Positions 53,000 to 64,000 of a stretch of 64,000 bases of DNA are shown here, in pieces. The notes under the pieces were generated by a model. The model ran no database searches. It saw only the letters and a list, made by a program, of their open reading frames with translations, and had not been told where the DNA came from. The first letter of the stretch is position 1, and every line of letters begins with the position of its first letter. Position numbers and translations under genes: made by a program. Origin of the DNA: Haliotis rufescens (Eukaryota); contig NW_025964112.1 in assembly GCF_023055435.1 (NCBI RefSeq), positions 42,718,001 through 42,782,000 on the forward strand, written 5' to 3'.

Positions 53000-53453
53000 C
53001 TGCAAACAGACATGACGTAACAGCTTTTGTTTTGTTTTAGTTAAATATGTTTCCATTACAAAAAGCCATAAATCTAAGCATGAGTCGAGGGCATTCTGCC
53101 CTGGCTTCCAAACTCACATACCAAAACAAGAATTGAGTCATTCTGCATTGGAATGATTAATAAAAGGTTCATATCACTGACGCGCCAATGTACATATTCT
53201 GATACATACATGAAGTTTACATGTGTACTCAATATTTTGTTCCTTTTGATGTTGGGAATCTTTCTTTATTCCTCAACTGGATAACTAGTTAAGACATCTA
53301 GGTTCATTTTTGTCTCCGTGCGCACGAACCTAAGTGATTAATTCCTATAAAAAGCACAGTCGGGGCGGTTTCAGTAGGACTTGATTTAAAAGCCTTGGTT
53401 GGAAATGATTGAAAGCCGTAGAATTACATTAATGTACACAAGCGTATATTTAC

Positions 53454-53660
53454 CTCTCCCGAAAGATCCCGATTTTCCCTGAAACTTTTGATTCTGTCAG
53501 CAAGTGAAACTTTCTGATAGTCACGATCCTGATTTCTCCGCAGGTTTTTCTTGATAATTCCTGCCACTCGCACTCCCGTGATTACACCACCAGACGAACA
53601 ATCCGAGGTTGTTACAGTGGTCGAAGTGGCAGAAAGTGTATCGTCCAACCCATTCTCCAT
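53454..53660 (-). CDS. Uncharacterised protein, first identified coding exon
   Basis: MENGLDD..RENRDLSGE, donor GTAAAT in phase 0; acceptor at 53675 leaves the frame open upstream. Confidence 0.7.
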
Positions 53661-54329
53661 TTCCACACGCAGTCCTAAGACGTATCAAAAATACTGCTAA
53701 AATCAGATTTATCCCTCAACTGAAAATACAAGAGGAGCATATTTCAGACGTGCCCGGCAAATTCTTCATTTCAATCCTCCCTTTATTGACATATATAATT
53801 TCACTGTAACGTTTCCTGAAATTCAATGTATATTTAAACAACGCATTATTTTTCAAATAATATAACAAATATATGCTCATTATACCGAATACATTAACAA
53901 CGTGAACAAACACGTGGTGGCAACTACTTACATTTCGATGCAGACGGCGACAGTTAACCTTTGAGCGTCTGAATGAATAAATATAATATGCCTTCAAACC
54001 AATAAACCACCAAGCAGAGGTGAATCGGTCAGTTGATTAATCAACTCTGAAGTCAGCGATTCCCATGCCAGCAATTTGAAGGCCTGTGGGGCCAAGCGTC
54101 ATCCCACATAAGAGGTGTCCTGCAGGGTTGTCTCATACGAGTGGGCTCATTTCCTGCTATTGTACGAAACATCCAGATTGGAATAGCCACTTATTGCCAG
54201 TTTCCGTTACTTGACCACGCTGGATCGACCCATGAACATTCTGTATTGACGGTGTGGTATGTGTTAATTTGTTTATCCAATGGAGAGGATTGATTCAATT
54301 ATATCACATGTATCTGAAATATGACTTGA

Positions 54330-54700
54330 TTAGGGGGTGTAAACGTCACAATAGTATGTCCATGCGCAATATAAGAAAGAAATGCATTTGCTCGGATAGT
54401 TGTAGAATTATATATAGTGGGCAAAATCTAATTTCCCTGCTTACATTTTGACAACGCCCTGTGTGTATTGGTTGGTTATGGTAACAGGTTCTAAATTTTA
54501 GAATAGGTAAATGAATACTTTTGGAAAGGTAAAGACTTTTTTCAAATTTAGGTTTGGTTTGAAGATATTGATAATATAGTGCTTTATGACTTGATAATAC
54601 CAACATTCTTTTATCGAAAACACCAATCCGCCGGTATGCGGATATAGATATTTATAAGTATTTCATTTTTTCACAATTATGTTTGAAGGGAGATACTTTA
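54330..54700 (-). mobile_element. CR1/L2-group LINE 3' fragment
   Basis: LKFRTCYHNQPIHTGR..NVSREIRFCPL. Confidence 0.7.
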
Positions 54701-55139
54701 GAGGGATATGTTTTGCCTTCAGTGTCTTTTGCTCTGTACCTTAATAATTTGATTTTCTGTGTCAGTTCCCTTCCAAATTAAATGGTTTTTGATTCATTCT
54801 GCATCAAATTGTCGAAACAGATACGAAGTGTACGAGGCGTTACACAAAGGAATGAAAGTCCGGAATCTAAAAAATGACAGTACTAAGTCTTTTACTTTAC
54901 CCTTTTCTGCATGCTTTGTGGTCATTTTTTTAATGTTGAAAATAGCACTTATTATTTAAATGACACATTCTTTGGTGTACTGGCGGTGAGTGACTCAATG
55001 TATGTTGTACGCACAGCAATATTCTAATTCTACCACTCTGTCACGTCACAAATCGAATCTGGACAAAGCAGATCAGAGGCAACAGCATTAGCAACGACAT
55101 AGAATGTCGACCAACCAGGTCAAAAATTGTAACCATCGG

Positions 55140-55810
55140 ATCATTTAGGTATGTCGATGATCTGATATCACTCAATCAACCAAAACGCAAATTCCATTCA
55201 ACTGATTTATCCAAAAGAACTACAAAATAAAAGAGACAAGTGAAACTGCATCATTTATTTCATATGTAGATCTCCATAAATGAGGCTGTTGGTCAAGAGG
55301 GATGACTTTCCAACAATCAACTTTCCCTTTATGCCCAGCTGCTCTAGCCTTTGGTGTCGACATTTAACAACCTTTGAGGTTCAATCAAGGATGTTCCTTC
55401 TACAAAGATTTCAAAGAGCGACATACAACTCTTGTTTAAAAGGTGTTGGATCAGGGTTATTACATTCAAGCCCGGTGCCCAAAATGTTGTCCCATGCAAT
55501 TCTCTTTTTGACTTGTACTACATGTTCCTTGTGTTTTCAAGTGAACAATTGACTTGTTTTGCATGTTTTTTTTGTGACGGATGCCGTCTGTGGGGCAGGA
55601 TACGCCCACCTTCTTGTGGACATAAAAATAACAAAGGTGTACACACGCCTTTTAAGAGTGTTTAAACGTTTAACTTTTCACAGACCCCTGGTATCATCAG
55701 TATTTGATAATGATTCATAAACACATGCTCATGATGGACTCTCCTTTCAGAAGAGATTTCATATTACAATGGAAAATTAATGCTTTTTGTTGCTTTTATT
55801 AACAAAGAAT
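55140..55810 (+). mobile_element. Naiad-type Penelope-like element 3' half
   Basis: FRYVDDLISLN..IYPKELQ..ET..SYVDL..KRDDF..INFPF; no downstream GIY-YIG; followed by the conserved 3' motif. Confidence 0.75.
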
Positions 55811-57499
55811 GTCGACGGGAGACTTAGTACATACCGTCCCCGAGAAATTTTACTACTACATGTTTCAATGTGTTTGTTGCAAAACATTATTCATTCTAAG
55901 CTGGGTTTAAAAATATATAACGTCAACGCCAGGGAATAATCAGTCTCTATTATATGCCCAAAGCATATTTCATTGAGCGTAAAAGGCAAAATAGTGATGA
56001 AATTATATGAATGGATCACGGAAACTTAACAAAGACAGCACAAGACATTTAACGAGCTAAATTATCGACTGCTGCTCAAACAAGTCAGCCAAGACATGTT
56101 TGCATCGGAATGAACCAGATGTGTGACATTCATGTCCTAGGTACATAGCCCTGTCTGTGTCTACATACCGTCGGGTCATTTGTCTCCGATCAGGATTCCC
56201 ATGATGGAGTGATGATGGTCACTACGTGACTAAATTTACTGTATCGTCCATTTATGAATAAATGTTTGTTATTGTCCTTGTAACATTTATCCTGAGACAA
56301 ATGAAATGCCAGTTTATTCAAAATACTGGTTGTTCAGACGACATTAAGATAATTAAAGATAATCTGGATACAAAGCGTACATGTCAGGAATGTAATTGCC
56401 TGATTGTCACAGTAACCAAGCAACTATTATAATGTGCCAAAGCTGCAAATCAATACACAATCAGCAAATATACTGATACAAAAGCGAAAAAACGCGCCTA
56501 GACTATGGTGTGCATACAGTGGCGTGTAGGGTATATAGGCTGAACTGCGCCTAGACCCTGGTATGCATACAGTGACGTGTAGGGTACATCGAACTGAATT
56601 ATAGACTTCGTTAGGTTCGGAGAAACATAAATAGCTTGCTCAAGCCAAAATCGATAACATATGTCTTTGGGGATGCGTCCTGTAATCAGAAAAAACAGGC
56701 TTGTTATTATACATCATGTTTCACTACTTTCAAATGGACACAAACACCGTTGCGATTCCGGGGACGAATTATTCCAAGTAACATATACTTAAGAAGCGAC
56801 TAATGGATGGCCTGGTTGAAGGGTGTCACCAGACCAGACATGTATGTGCTCCAGACGCGATTATTTGTAGATCGTCGAGATATTACTGGAGTATTGCTGA
56901 TGAAGAAAATTAAATGGAGACGAACACTGCCCCATGAACCAAATTTTAAAAATCAAAATAATAATTTTATCTTGTCTACAAGTACAGCTAGTATTGAATT
57001 CTTATTGGCGCGATTTTGGCAGTCCCCGTGGACTCTTTGCACTCACTTTTAGTCTACAACCAAACTTTTTATTAAACTGTCGCATCTAACGTATTAAACA
57101 TGTGGCTTGCATAAAAGAACATTCACAGTATTAAACTGCCTTAACTAACCTACCTAAATACACATTCAAGTACTTTCACTTGTAGTAACTAGGTACCACT
57201 ATTTTGTGCTATGTGTGGATGGCGGTGTCAATGGGTTGGTGCCCGAGGCTGGGATGTAGCGGATGTTCTAATGTATTTCATTTAATTGCAAAATTGTTTT
57301 GTTTGATAGTGGTGTATATATGTATACGGGTGACAGAAAAAGTTATTCTTGTATTGCATAATATGCCTTGGCTCTGGTATATGCACAGTTACGTGTGGGG
57401 TATATCGAATATCAAATAAGACTCAGACTCACTTCTTTATACGCCTTGGGGATGTTGCCTACGATCAGTTAAAACAGGCCCGTCATTAAAATGATATCA

Positions 57500-57570
57500 T
57501 GCGTGTGTGTGCATGCGTGCATGCGTGCGTGTGTGTGTGCGTGTGCGTGTGCGTGTGCGTGTGTGTGTGT
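57500..57570. repeat. (GT)/(GCGT) compound microsatellite
   Basis: Seen directly. Confidence 0.95.
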
Positions 57571-57619
57571 CGTGAAGTCTGATAATTCCCCGGCGAATAC
57601 AATTGATCCTGGAAGAGTC

Positions 57620-58335
57620 GCATACCACAACACACCGACGAGGAAAAGCCACACACGACGTCTTGCAGAGTTCGTTAGACTTCGGGTTACGCCATTCGGT
57701 GTTCAGCGCCATTTGTCTATGAGTGCCTGTGTTAGGTCAAGTCTGAAGGAGGTTCAGTCGTGTTGTCGTCTGACGATCAAGGCGGTCCCAGGGGTGTTTA
57801 ATGGCCATTGCAAAACGTTGACGCTATTGACCTGTAGACAGTGAGGTACAATACATGCACGTCCTTGTGACATGTTAGGAGAACGAACTGGCCAAGGCAA
57901 AACGTTGACATCGTTGACCTGCAGAAGGCGACATGCGATACATCTCCGTCATCTATGTTGTCTTGCAGTGTACGTCGGTTCTGTTGTTGAATGGGGAGCA
58001 CAACTGGATGCAATATATATATTGTACTGAGGGATTAGCGCCCAAAGCAACAAGTTCAGTATTTTCCTGATCAGAAACTACTGCCCAAATCCACATAGTA
58101 GAGTGTCCTGGACTCAACGAAGAGACGAGCGTGTGTTCCCGACGACGATACACATGTACCTAGGAAACAGTTAATCAAATAAAGAATACGCAAATAGCGA
58201 TCATCGTTGGGTGTGGTGACTAATGGTCTACCTGTCCTCGGTCTGTTCATTGTCAACCATGTGCCCTGCCTGCCCCGTCTTCTTTGTGATCTGTCTGTCG
58301 GTGTCGTGAGAGCAATCTGGTGATTGTGGCCCAGA
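57620..58335 (-). mobile_element. Tc1/mariner transposase remnant
   Basis: TITRLL.R.RQT, RPRTGRPLVTTPNDDRYLR, WAVVS..TELV, LHPVVLP, LQDN..HVA, IKH.WD.LDR. Confidence 0.8.
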
Positions 58336-58337
58336 CG

Positions 58338-58610
58338 GGCCCAGACGGGTGGCCCAGTCGTCTAACTCGTCGCGATTCGCTGTCCCTTGGGCACGCCAGA
58401 AACCTATGATTGTTGGTTCGAATCCCGGTTCGCCCCAATTATGTTTCTAGGTTTGTCAGCCCTTAACCCATGCTCGTGGGCTCAACCGTAGTGGTAAACG
58501 TCTGAGACCTGCATCACTTCGGGCTTTCCTCCCACATTAAGCTGACACGCCTTGATATAACTGGAATACTGTTAAAAGCGGCGTTAAACCCAACTCACTC
58601 ACTCACTCAC
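58338..58610 (+). mobile_element. SINE family B
   Basis: Matches the B consensus. Confidence 0.9.
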
Positions 58611-60728
58611 CTGCACTGGTGATGTAATTTGCAGTGAACATATCAATCATGCCAGAGGGAAACAACTGGTAGTATTCCTGAATAGCTGTGTGTCAATAGG
58701 CTAGTTTATGACAGTCCAGTTTCATCATGTTGTAATATTCATTGACGAGAAATGCAAGAAACATATTTTATTGAAATTCATTTTCCAAAAATATGAATAC
58801 AGAAATTTTAATATCACAGACAATGGGATCACGTTTCGTGTACTTGTAAACTCAGCAGACAAATGGTGTTGGGCTGGACAGTGTCTAGTTACAAACAACA
58901 CACACAGTGTTTACCTGGTCAATCAACTGGGACAACGAACGAGACAGTACACACTGCATTGGAAGGGGTTTGTGGTTACTCGGTACATGTTTGAAGGGAG
59001 AGTTGTTGCCAAAAGCCTTTAAACACTTGGGAAAACACTCGTAACAGTGAACATATTTATAGGCCTATATTCAAAGGTGGAGGAGTGATCGTAATGTGAA
59101 ATAGATTGGAGTTTAATGCAAAAATTACATTGTAAGAAATACTCCTTATAGATAGTATTGTGCTTAAATATCAGGTAAATCGTTAGTATCGTCACGCCAG
59201 CTACACAAGACTCAATATATATTTTAGTTTTGATAACAAAAGCTGATATTGTACGGGTATCGACATCTGCTTTTTCAGTGATAGCTGTTAATATGACCTT
59301 TATAACCCTCATGTAATAATAGATGACATTATGATATGCCGTCATCAACTGCACATTGCGTTTCATGTATTATTCAACGGAAAGTCGATGGATATGCGTA
59401 TATAGCTTAGGCTGAAATAAGGAAATTGTTTCTCGAACATCAGTGCGTCACATTAAATCTTCTCTACTGCCAATAAGAAGTTTTCAAATTTCATATGAAG
59501 CACACTCTGTTATCCATAAAACAAAATGCTTGAAACTGACATGCTGTCAAAAGGCCGAGTTCAATGTCTGCCCAGTTTCTCTGTTGGAATTCTTGGTGGG
59601 TAAAAAATATATTAAAAAATGTTCCTCTCGCATCACTGTTGTTTTCGATACAAAAATTAAAAAAGTCTTACCGCCCTCCTCACTTTCGAGGAAAAATGTG
59701 CCCAAGAAGCATTTTTTATGCAGCCTTAGTATAAATGGTATAAACCTTTGAACGGGAAAAGTGTGAGAACGCAGGGCACATGGATGTCAATTGCCAATCT
59801 AATCTCCGTGTTTGTAAGAATCAAGTTCCCCTGTTTCTGAAGAAAGCAGCTTACACTGGAGTGAGTTTAGTTGAAATATTTTTTATCAGTTATTGGCTTT
59901 TCCCGCTTCATTTTCCCCCAGTTGTACAATTATGTTGTAACAAAATATGCATATTATGAGCACTAACAACGTAAAATGATGCATAAGAAAAACGTATTAA
60001 AAAGATCGTTATAATGTAATTTGTATTGAGAGAATTGTTTTTATCAAATATTGAATATTCATGAGGGTAATATGACGTTTTATGGACCTAAGAAACTGGG
60101 TCTCGGGGTAATACCGTGTTTTAAGGATCATGTGACCCTTTCCCAAGCCACGACAAAAAAGATATATCTTGTAAATGTAATAACACGTCATATCGGCAAT
60201 ATTCCGGCTATAGGGCGAATTGATTTCTAATCGTGAAGGGGATACTTTCCAAAACTACATGTAAACGATATTACGTAGGTACATACACATATGCATTTCG
60301 TTATAGAAAAATACAGGTCACCTTGGGAATACTTTTCAAGAAAACCTTCACAATTTGGACATGTTTTATATGATACAAATCACTGATCACAAGAGTGGTT
60401 AGACAAATACCATGGTGACTCTGATGTTGATGATCTATCAAAATGGTTGCCCCCTGTTTAAAAGGTATGACTTCAGGAATGACTGCATCACAAACATGCA
60501 CACTCCTACACATGTTCTAAGATGTAAGTGCTGTTTTAGTACAACTGACATAGTGTACTGATTACAAAAAACAGGAACTCCCAAATTTGTCCCAGCAAAT
60601 GTGTGTCACATCCTCCCTTCGGCACCAAGATCAAACCATGATCATGATTTAAGAAGTGATGAAGCTCTTTTTGGAGCTCTGGAACCTTTCGCAACATGCA
60701 ACCTTGGGCATCAAAATCAATATCAAAA

Positions 60729-61382
60729 TCATGATTTCAAGAAGTTGTCAAGATCCTTTTGGAACTCCGGACTAAACACTTCATTCATGATCTTATCGTC
60801 AATCTCAGGTGCCTCGCCCGCGTCCTGCCCAGCCAAAGTCTTCAAGTTATAATCCGCAAGTTTTTCCAAGGCAGCTATACGACCATCTTCTTCCCTCACC
60901 TTTGGTGTTCGTGCAGGAATGTCCGGCTCAGGAGAGTCATCATCATCGTCATAATCGTCTGTTGGGTTGTCATCGGGTCTTGATGAATGTACATTGCTTG
61001 GGCCTGCCCGCTCTATGGGTTGGTCATCAGCGTTGCTTGAAGAAGGTACTGCGGCTTCCATCCGAGGAGGTGTATTTGGTTTGGGCTGATTTCTTGGAGA
61101 AAGAATCGTTGCTCGAGCATCGTCAGATGATGGTGTATTATTTCGACTAGGTGTCCTGTTTTGATTACTCGGAGGTCTACTGGACTGTCTTTGGTCTGGT
61201 GTACTATGTCTGCTGTTTCTACTGTTTCTGCTGTCATCCTCTTTGTTAATGGGAGGAACCACGGAATGTTTGTTGAGATCTGAGGCTGCTCGTGACAAGG
61301 GGCGATCTGCTCTCCGAGGAGTTGCCTCTCTTACAGGTGGCAAGTCATCCTGCCGTGACTGATTCCTGGACATCCTCTTCGG
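60729..61382 (-). CDS. Uncharacterised protein, terminal exon (P/S/R/D-rich, helical C-terminus)
   Basis: Acceptor GTTTTCAG, phase 0, 217 codons to TGA. Confidence 0.8.
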   Translation of the reverse strand, partial: PKRMSRNQSRQDDLPPVREATPRRADRPLSRAASDLNKHSVVPPINKEDDSRNSRNSRHSTPDQRQSSRPPSNQNRTPSRNNTPSSDDARATILSPRNQPKPNTPPRMEAAVPSSSNADDQPIERAGPSNVHSSRPDDNPTDDYDDDDDSPEPDIPARTPKVREEDGRIAALEKLADYNLKTLAGQDAGEAPEIDDKIMNEVFSPEFQKDLDNFLKS

Positions 61383-61464
61383 CTGAAAACATACACACAT
61401 AAATCAAGTCCCACATGCTGACTAAATAGGACGACAAAGTAAATACAATATAGGTAAATAGGTA

Positions 61465-61662
61465 ATGTGTCGTGGTTGTACTAGCCCGGACGTATGCCGG
61501 CTTTGTAGCGATAGCCCACAGAAATACCATGCCGCAGTGTTACATGGATGCCCATTCTCCGAGCCGACCTCAATGCCAAGCGCCAGGCAGGGTAACAACA
61601 CGTCCCATCTTTTGACGTCTTTAATACGGGCAGACGTTCTATCTACTCGACCACGGAGGCGT
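61465..61662 (-). mobile_element. SINE family C, degenerate
   Basis: Head and Meta-like core recognisable. Confidence 0.7.
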
Positions 61663-62089
61663 TCCTAAATGTAATAGAACTCGTATGGTTCCTGTGGTTT
61701 CTGCTTTCAATGTAAATGCCTCATATCTCTATTAACATTATTATCAGTGTCAATCACAATACCTTTAGTCTGTTTGGTTTTTTTGGACTTTGTAATATCG
61801 GTAGTTTGATTGCGTTTGACTGCGTTTGATTTAACGCCGTTTAAATAGTATTTCAGATTTATCGCAAACGTCATATAAAGACCGTATTGAGGCAGGTCTT
61901 AGGCGTTTACCACGACACCAACGAGCACGGGTACGGTGACTAGGAACCGGGATTCGAACCCACGATCATAGATCTGTGACACGGGCAATGCACGGAATGA
62001 TGGCCCCCCCCCAAAAAAAAAATAAATAAAAATAAAATAAAATAAAATAAAAAAATGTATCGTTGACACCAGTTTGAGGTACAACTTAC

Positions 62090-62152
62090 ACTGTCCCGTT
62101 CCTCGTCTCCCATCTCTACATACACATCTCGGGCTGTTGTGGGATCCTCAGC
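62090..62152 (-). CDS. 63-nt internal exon of the same gene
   Basis: TTCCCTTCGTTCCAG acceptor, GTAAGT donor, AEDPTTARDVYVEMGDEERDS, phase 0-0. Confidence 0.75.
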
Positions 62153-63551
62153 CTGGAACGAAGGGAATCTCTCATTCTTAACATCAATACGTGTTATATG
62201 CTCTTCACTTGCAGTTTGATATTGATGACAAACAAGCTTGGAACTTAGTACTCGTAACATTTACATAAATGTACATCTACCATACAAATAATACACATTT
62301 ATGATATTTGATAAAGGTTTTATCAAACATGTACTGAAAATCAATTTCAGAAATGACATTGACTCGTTAAACAAATGAAAAAATAACAGAAGGAAATGCC
62401 TTGAAAGTGCTGATATAGAAGTTGGTAGTGTTTGATAACATACAAAATTATTGTAGTGATGAAACATATATATCATTCTGTTGATAAGATGTACATAGGA
62501 CAGACACATATATAGACTGTGATTACGTACAATGCTGTATTGACATGCTTAGGATATACCATAGGCTATATCGACACATATAGATTAGTAGTAAATATTA
62601 CATGAACGAAAAATGTACATATCATGCTGTATATATTTCAATAAGGGGTTATTTGAAACAAGAAACATCTGCACATGTAGTTTATTCAATGACAGTTTGC
62701 TCATTCACCATTCCAATAGACTTCTATTGTCTGTCACCAACGCAACAGAGTAATCCCATGTGATTGTTGATGTGTTTGCAATCGCAGGTGACAAAGAGGA
62801 CAACTTTATAGATTTATTGATCTTCATGTCGGCAGAGCCCTCGGGGACAACATAACAACTCAGATGGTAGAGACCTAATTCTCAGGATCAAAAACTACAC
62901 TGCCATTGCTCATGTACTTCCCATTCGCTTGCTCAATATAATTTATAGTCAGTCGCACATTGAACAAATAAGCAGTACCGTGGTATGTAGACATCTAGAC
63001 ACTTGTAATATGCGAAAGACGTTCTGTTGTGTTCACGAACCGAATAAAATATCCCTGTGAAACGTAAATTAATTAAACAATACATATAGAGAAGAAATAT
63101 TAAGTCATCAAACCAAGCTACAGACCTCCATGATATTGACGGCACATACAGACGCAGGAAAGACACACAGCATATGATGTCATGTTTCTATGGCAACAAG
63201 TCTGACACGTGCTCACTCGGAGATGAATAGGTGATGGATTAGATAAAGCAAATCGTCATGATAAGCTGAATTAGGGCTTGACTAATGCTGTGAAGATAAT
63301 CGATATACTAGCTGTGCTACTTGAATTCAAACAGTAATTGCATCGCTGTCTACATTAACATAAGGGAAGTGACACGGAACAAAACAAAAGCCACAGTTGG
63401 TTTGAGATATATTATGCATACCTAATCCAATTTGACATGCCAATGGAATGAATACGCACAAAAGTCATTTCCCAGAAAGGAAAGTAGAAGATGTTTTAGT
63501 ATTTATGGTTGAACAAGAAAATGGTTTGATAAGATTAAATGAGATTGAGGA

Positions 63552-64000
63552 TTATCTGAACCAGAAGTCTGAACTCTTTCCTACGTCTGTCACGCGCCAA
63601 TGACGTCGTCTTTTAGTCACCTTATCGACAAATGCCATCACGCGGCGCCTCAGGAACACCTTCTGAGCTAGGTCAAGGTCGTTTGCTGACCTCCGATTTC
63701 GTTTCTTCCTTATTCGTTTCCGGAGGTCACCGGATTTGTCCATGTGACCTCGTGACTCCTCGGTCTCCGTGTCAGACTTATTGAACCATAGGTCTGGGTC
63801 AGATTTAGACCTACTGAGGTAGACGTAATTCCCATGCTGTGAGTTTGTGGACACAATTTCAGGGATGTTAGTGTAGCCAGGTTCAAGTTTAGATACATAT
63901 GATCCTTTAAATTCATGCTTTTGGTCACTAATTGATGATACGCTCTGCGACCGCTGGCGTACCTTGGTTGCCTCCGCTTGTTTACGATAAATTCTGTTCT
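63552..64000 (-). CDS. Coding exon running off the window (internal or alternative terminal)
   Basis: Frame open from the window edge to TAA at 63552; possible phase-0 donors at 63659 and 63620. Confidence 0.6.
   Translation of the reverse strand, partial: NRIYRKQAEATKVRQRSQSVSSISDQKHEFKGSYVSKLEPGYTNIPEIVSTNSQHGNYVYLSRSKSDPDLWFNKSDTETEESRGHMDKSGDLRKRIRKKRNRRSANDLDLAQKVFLRRRVMAFVDKVTKRRRHWRVTDVGKSSDFWFR

Overview
This is AT-rich, intron-rich animal DNA, not prokaryotic. The SINE families point to a gastropod mollusc, probably abalone (inference from recalled repeat families). I assembled genes by hand from GT-AG sites and intron phases. (1) A complete 6-exon class A GPCR, melatonin-receptor/moody-like (+, 9765-19627, 356 aa). 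(2, 3) Two tandem 3-exon GPI-anchored Ly6/uPAR (three-finger) genes (+, 24639-33335, 148 aa; +, 43423-46232, 157 aa). (4) A large, basic, largely disordered orphan gene (-, 53660-50648, at least 752 aa). (5) The 3' exons of another uncharacterised gene (-, 64000-60729). The rest is mostly transposon debris: four SINE families sharing a LINE-type 3' tail, CR1/L2-like and R4/Dong-like LINE fragments, Penelope-like elements (one with a minimal hammerhead ribozyme, several Naiad-type), MULE and Tc1 remnants, MITEs, and three minisatellites (53, 33 and 55 bp). The most intriguing signal is a tRNA-less SINE family with a fixed, TSD-bounded 5' end that folds into a multi-branch kissing-loop RNA. There are no rRNA genes, true tRNA genes or CRISPR arrays. 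Repeat coordinates are approximate, and family names come from recalled motifs, not searches.
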